From positions 1 through 26,834 of the IMG/VR virus record IMGVR_UViG_3300032219_000321: a stretch of DNA of 26,834 nucleotides. One strand, given 5' to 3'. The translations under genes and the position numbers were made by a program. This document shows positions 23,663 to 26,834 of this stretch, in pieces. Numbering within the stretch: position 1 is the first letter of the stretch; every line of letters begins with the position of its first letter. Source of the stretch: a virus. Its lineage: Duplodnaviria; Caudoviricetes. The notes beneath the pieces were generated by a model. It was not told where the DNA came from and ran no database searches. It worked only from the letters and a program-made list of their open reading frames with translations.

Positions 23663-25271
23663 TTGCGGCTCCCTTTTTCATCGGAGTGACGTTTTCGGCC
23701 TGCGGTTGCGGGGCAGCAGCGGCCTTCTTCAGCTTCTCTTTGAGCATCTGCTTCATGGGCGGGTCGATCAGGTCGAGCAAGCTTTCCTTGTCGATAGCGC
23801 CAGCTTTGAACAGATTGAACGCCATAGACCGCGTATCTTCCATGAAGATAGGGCTATTCGAGTGAGCGTCCACTTTGACGATGTAATCTTTGGTAAATTG
23901 TTCTGGTATGAACTTTAAGCCTTCCGCATCTTTGTAATGCGTCGGGTCGTAAGCTTGGATCAGCTTCATGTAGAGCGTCGCCATCTTTTCCAATGCAAGC
24001 TCGACTTGCAAAGCGCGGCGTTTGGCGCGGGATGAGCCTAAGCGGGCAAGTTGTGATGCGTGACCAGCAGATCGAACACCGCTTTCACCGCGACCTGACA
24101 GCACAGAAGAAATGCCAGAAGCTTCTTCAAACATTGCGTCGATCTGATTGAGCTGTTCATACAGATCAGCAGGCATCTGCGGGGCCAAACGATCAGCTTT
24201 TGCGTTCGGCATATCTGTCGAAAGCAAGCCGCCGGGGCGGTTCAAAGCGAAGTTCTTTTCGTCCAAAATCCCAGTAAAGCCCATCAAGGCTGTCGGTGGG
24301 TTTACTTGCTTGGCAAGAAGGTCAAGGATTTCGCCCATGCGCTTGTTACGCATTTGCTGTAGGAAGACGAGGCGAGAAACTTCCGATTGACCCCAGAAGT
24401 AGTCGGGCATCGGGTTTGGCGTAATCTGAATAAAGGGGTTTTCGCCCTTCAAGAACATATTCTCGTTTGGACGGTCATAGATGATAACATCTGGCTGTGC
24501 GCGAGTGACAACCATGTAGTCTTGGATTTCATCATCCCAGACATACAGCTCCGTCATTTCAATTGTTTCTTCCTCGACCTTTGGCTTCATGCGGTTGTAG
24601 CCAAACAGATCAAGGTTCACGTTGCCGTACATAGTCGGATCGACTTGAGACAACACGATGCGGTCAACGCCGCTTGCGATGTAGTTGCTTTGTGTCGGCG
24701 CAGTTGTGATGCGCGAGATAATGCTGTCGCGTTTCGGATGATTGTACAACCGAGCGAACAGGTCAGATTTTGTCATGTAGTAGGTGTGGGTGAAGGCTTC
24801 CTGCCTGTCATTGTGCGGAATGTCTTCGCGCAACACACCCATCATCGCCGGATCGACAAAGTAGGGGAAAATACTACCGTTATGTACGATCAGCTTTACG
24901 AAAGCCGAATTGAAGCACATGGCCCAGTTTAGAGCTAAACCAAATACATGGTCGCCGTTGCTGTCTGACCATTTGTCGTTAAGAACTTGGGTAAGACGCG
25001 GAATTTTTTTGTATTCGTATTCAGCAGCCGACGCGCCAAGATTGATTGCAAAGCGAGTGGTGTCAGCCGAATAGAGGAAGGCAACCAACTGGTCGATGTG
25101 CGGATAGATTTTGTTGTAAGCCGCCGGAGCTTCTTCTGGGCCAGCGCCGAAAAGATAATAGGAGCGAAGGCTTTCGTAGTCGGCCTTACGATCCTCAAAA
25201 GAAACCTTACACTTGCGAACAAGGTCCAGATAGAACTCTTCGCGATGGTTAAGGTCTTTTGGAATTCTCAT
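23655..25271 (-). CDS. portal protein (538 aa)
   Basis: Size and position after terminase; YNKIYPHIDQL..FLY, VDP, NPF..ITP...PDYFWG.SEV..L..LQ...N, SGI..VL.GRGE.GVRS. Confidence 0.85.
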   Translation of the reverse strand: MRIPKDLNHREEFYLDLVRKCKVSFEDRKADYESLRSYYLFGAGPEEAPAAYNKIYPHIDQLVAFLYSADTTRFAINLGASAAEYEYKKIPRLTQVLNDKWSDSNGDHVFGLALNWAMCFNSAFVKLIVHNGSIFPYFVDPAMMGVLREDIPHNDRQEAFTHTYYMTKSDLFARLYNHPKRDSIISRITTAPTQSNYIASGVDRIVLSQVDPTMYGNVNLDLFGYNRMKPKVEEETIEMTELYVWDDEIQDYMVVTRAQPDVIIYDRPNENMFLKGENPFIQITPNPMPDYFWGQSEVSRLVFLQQMRNKRMGEILDLLAKQVNPPTALMGFTGILDEKNFALNRPGGLLSTDMPNAKADRLAPQMPADLYEQLNQIDAMFEEASGISSVLSGRGESGVRSAGHASQLARLGSSRAKRRALQVELALEKMATLYMKLIQAYDPTHYKDAEGLKFIPEQFTKDYIVKVDAHSNSPIFMEDTRSMAFNLFKAGAIDKESLLDLIDPPMKQMLKEKLKKAAAAPQPQAENVTPMKKGAANG

Positions 25272-25750
25272 TTTTCGATCTTCAGCGTTGGGTCATTCGC
25301 ATGAACGATTGTCGGAAGGTTCGACGGGAGATTAGCATCTTTTGGATTAAAGCCAACTGGCTCACCCATAGCCGATCTGACCGCGCCGCCAGACAACATG
25401 TTTTGCATATTAAACATTCCAGTGCCAGCTTCGCCCCACATCACGCCATTTATCTTGGCTGCGATGGCTGCTTCCTCTTCTTGCTTGCTGACTTTGGCGT
25501 TGTTGCGGGTCAAATAACCCGGCTGAGCCTCGCCTTCACGCACAGATTTGATGTCTGTCATGCCAAAATCAACAGCTAACTGCTTGAGGTTGTTGTCATT
25601 TCTCTTTGTACGCCCCGTTTTAGTGCTATCACGCATAGATGGGGCACGAAGGAAAACTTGGGCCACATCTGTGCATCCATGCTCGCAAAGAGGCTCCCAA
25701 GCTTCAAAAAAGCCGTGCCGAGGGCATTTGTAGGAACGAAGAATACCCAT
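25268..25750 (-). CDS. Zn-ribbon (FmdB-like) protein
   Basis: YKCPRHG.FE....CEHGC metal-ligand pattern; ATG 25750 after SD GGAG. Confidence 0.65.
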   Translation of the reverse strand: MGILRSYKCPRHGFFEAWEPLCEHGCTDVAQVFLRAPSMRDSTKTGRTKRNDNNLKQLAVDFGMTDIKSVREGEAQPGYLTRNNAKVSKQEEEAAIAAKINGVMWGEAGTGMFNMQNMLSGGAVRSAMGEPVGFNPKDANLPSNLPTIVHANDPTLKIEK

Positions 25751-25751
25751 T

Positions 25752-26144
25752 TTAGCTCTCCATTTGTTCTTTGAAGGTGGGTTTAGAAAAATCAGCTCTA
25801 TTCTTAACCCCAATGTTAAGGGTAATCTTACCCCCGTCTAATTTCAAGCCATATCCACGGACCATGCGGGGCTTAGGGTCGCGGTTGTATTGGAGATACT
25901 TGGTGCGGTTGCGGTTACGCATGACCGTCACATCGCCACGTTCAAGGCGCATCAGGGCTCGAGACATGCGAACCTGTGTCTCTTCAGACATGGTGTGCGT
26001 GTCGCCAATGAAGATGCCAAAGATCAGCCGCTCAGATAGTCCAGCCAGCTCTGCCAAAAATTTGACACTCATGACCCTATCTTCCTCTTCGAGGTAGCGG
26101 GCCATCTGGCGATAGATTTCAGCTTTGCTCATAACTTCGTTCAT
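25752..26144 (-). CDS. putative HTH DNA-binding protein
   Basis: MSVKFLAELAGLSERLI resembles an XRE/Cro HTH; ATGA overlap with the terminase. Confidence 0.55.
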   Translation of the reverse strand: MNEVMSKAEIYRQMARYLEEEDRVMSVKFLAELAGLSERLIFGIFIGDTHTMSEETQVRMSRALMRLERGDVTVMRNRNRTKYLQYNRDPKPRMVRGYGLKLDGGKITLNIGVKNRADFSKPTFKEQMES

Positions 26145-26833
26145 TGGCCGTACATTCCAATCTTGCGGAGATAACTAGACACGTTTCGTCCGGTGGCTAT
26201 TTCTTCTGGTGTGAAGTCTTCCATGCCTTTCGACACAGCGCGGGTGAGCTTCATAGCAATCAGACGCGGCTGCACCTGTTCAGCAAAAGCCGCCGCAGCA
26301 AGTGCGGTTGCAATCACGCGGTCATCTTTCTGTCTGCCGGGAGCTGCAATAGTTCCACCGTCGCGCCGGATCGTTTTCATTTCTTCGATGCAGTCGATAG
26401 ACCTGATCCGCATCATGCCGCGCTCGAAGTAATCCTTCATGTAGGACAACATGCGTTCTTTAGTTGCGTGTGTGGTTAGCCAGCCGATGCTTGTGCCGGG
26501 ACCAGACAGCGTGTCGTTCTTGCGCCAGATGTAGTTCTGCATGTGAGAGAGAACATCCATCAGATCATTTCCGCGAGCGCCGCCAACCGCAGCCGCATGA
26601 CGCTTGAGGTTGCGAAGTTCTTGAAGAACAGGCTGGCCGGGTCCGTTGACTTCGAGGTTCAGCGTCGAGTTTTTGTAAGCGCCAGCAAGGTGCGCGATGA
26701 CCCACGCAAACTGATAGGTGTTCATTTCAGACGTAGCAAACTCAGCAACCTGTTCAAGTCCGTCTGCGTAACAACGATAGACTTGAACAACAAATCTATC
26801 AGCCCAATCTGAAGACCCATAAGCAGGGTCAGC
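26141..26833 (-). CDS. terL: terminase large subunit, C-terminal nuclease domain (5' truncated)
   Basis: Frame is open to the window edge: ADPAYGSSDWAD..., LEVNGPG, GWLT...TK, KDDRVIA are RNase H-like TerL nuclease motifs. Confidence 0.88.
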   Translation of the reverse strand, partial: ADPAYGSSDWADRFVVQVYRCYADGLEQVAEFATSEMNTYQFAWVIAHLAGAYKNSTLNLEVNGPGQPVLQELRNLKRHAAAVGGARGNDLMDVLSHMQNYIWRKNDTLSGPGTSIGWLTTHATKERMLSYMKDYFERGMMRIRSIDCIEEMKTIRRDGGTIAAPGRQKDDRVIATALAAAAFAEQVQPRLIAMKLTRAVSKGMEDFTPEEIATGRNVSSYLRKIGMYGQ

Positions 26834-26834
26834 G

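Noticed and set aside
1-26834. tRNA/rRNA genes, integrase, IS elements, stop-codon recoding
   Set aside because: None recognised; genes are full length under the standard code, and TAA, TGA and TAG all serve as stops.

Overview
A 26.8 kb fragment of a tailed dsDNA bacteriophage (Caudoviricetes), probably podovirus-like: it has ejection-protein-type genes and no tape measure, tail tube or sheath gene. The left 3.7 kb (+ strand) is the end of a recombination/replication arm: partial YqaJ-type exonuclease, RecT-like annealing protein, small SSB, Holliday-junction resolvase-like nuclease, DUF6378-like protein and a GT-A glycosyltransferase. The remaining 23 kb (- strand) is a tightly coupled late region. 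Read right to left it encodes terminase large subunit (partial), HTH and Zn-ribbon proteins, portal, scaffold, major capsid, decoration-like proteins, adaptor, nozzle/stabilisation protein, two tail fibres (one with an S74 chaperone), ejection proteins, small basic proteins, holin-like proteins and a GH108 endolysin. The most striking unexplained element is the apparent gap at 23155-23654, just downstream of the portal. It holds a 53-aa ORF, then three tandem 11-14 aa Arg/Lys-rich (protamine-like) micro-ORFs, each with its own Shine-Dalgarno, with hairpins, a terminator and a TTGACA/palindrome promoter-like site. All product calls come from motif recognition and synteny, not database searches.
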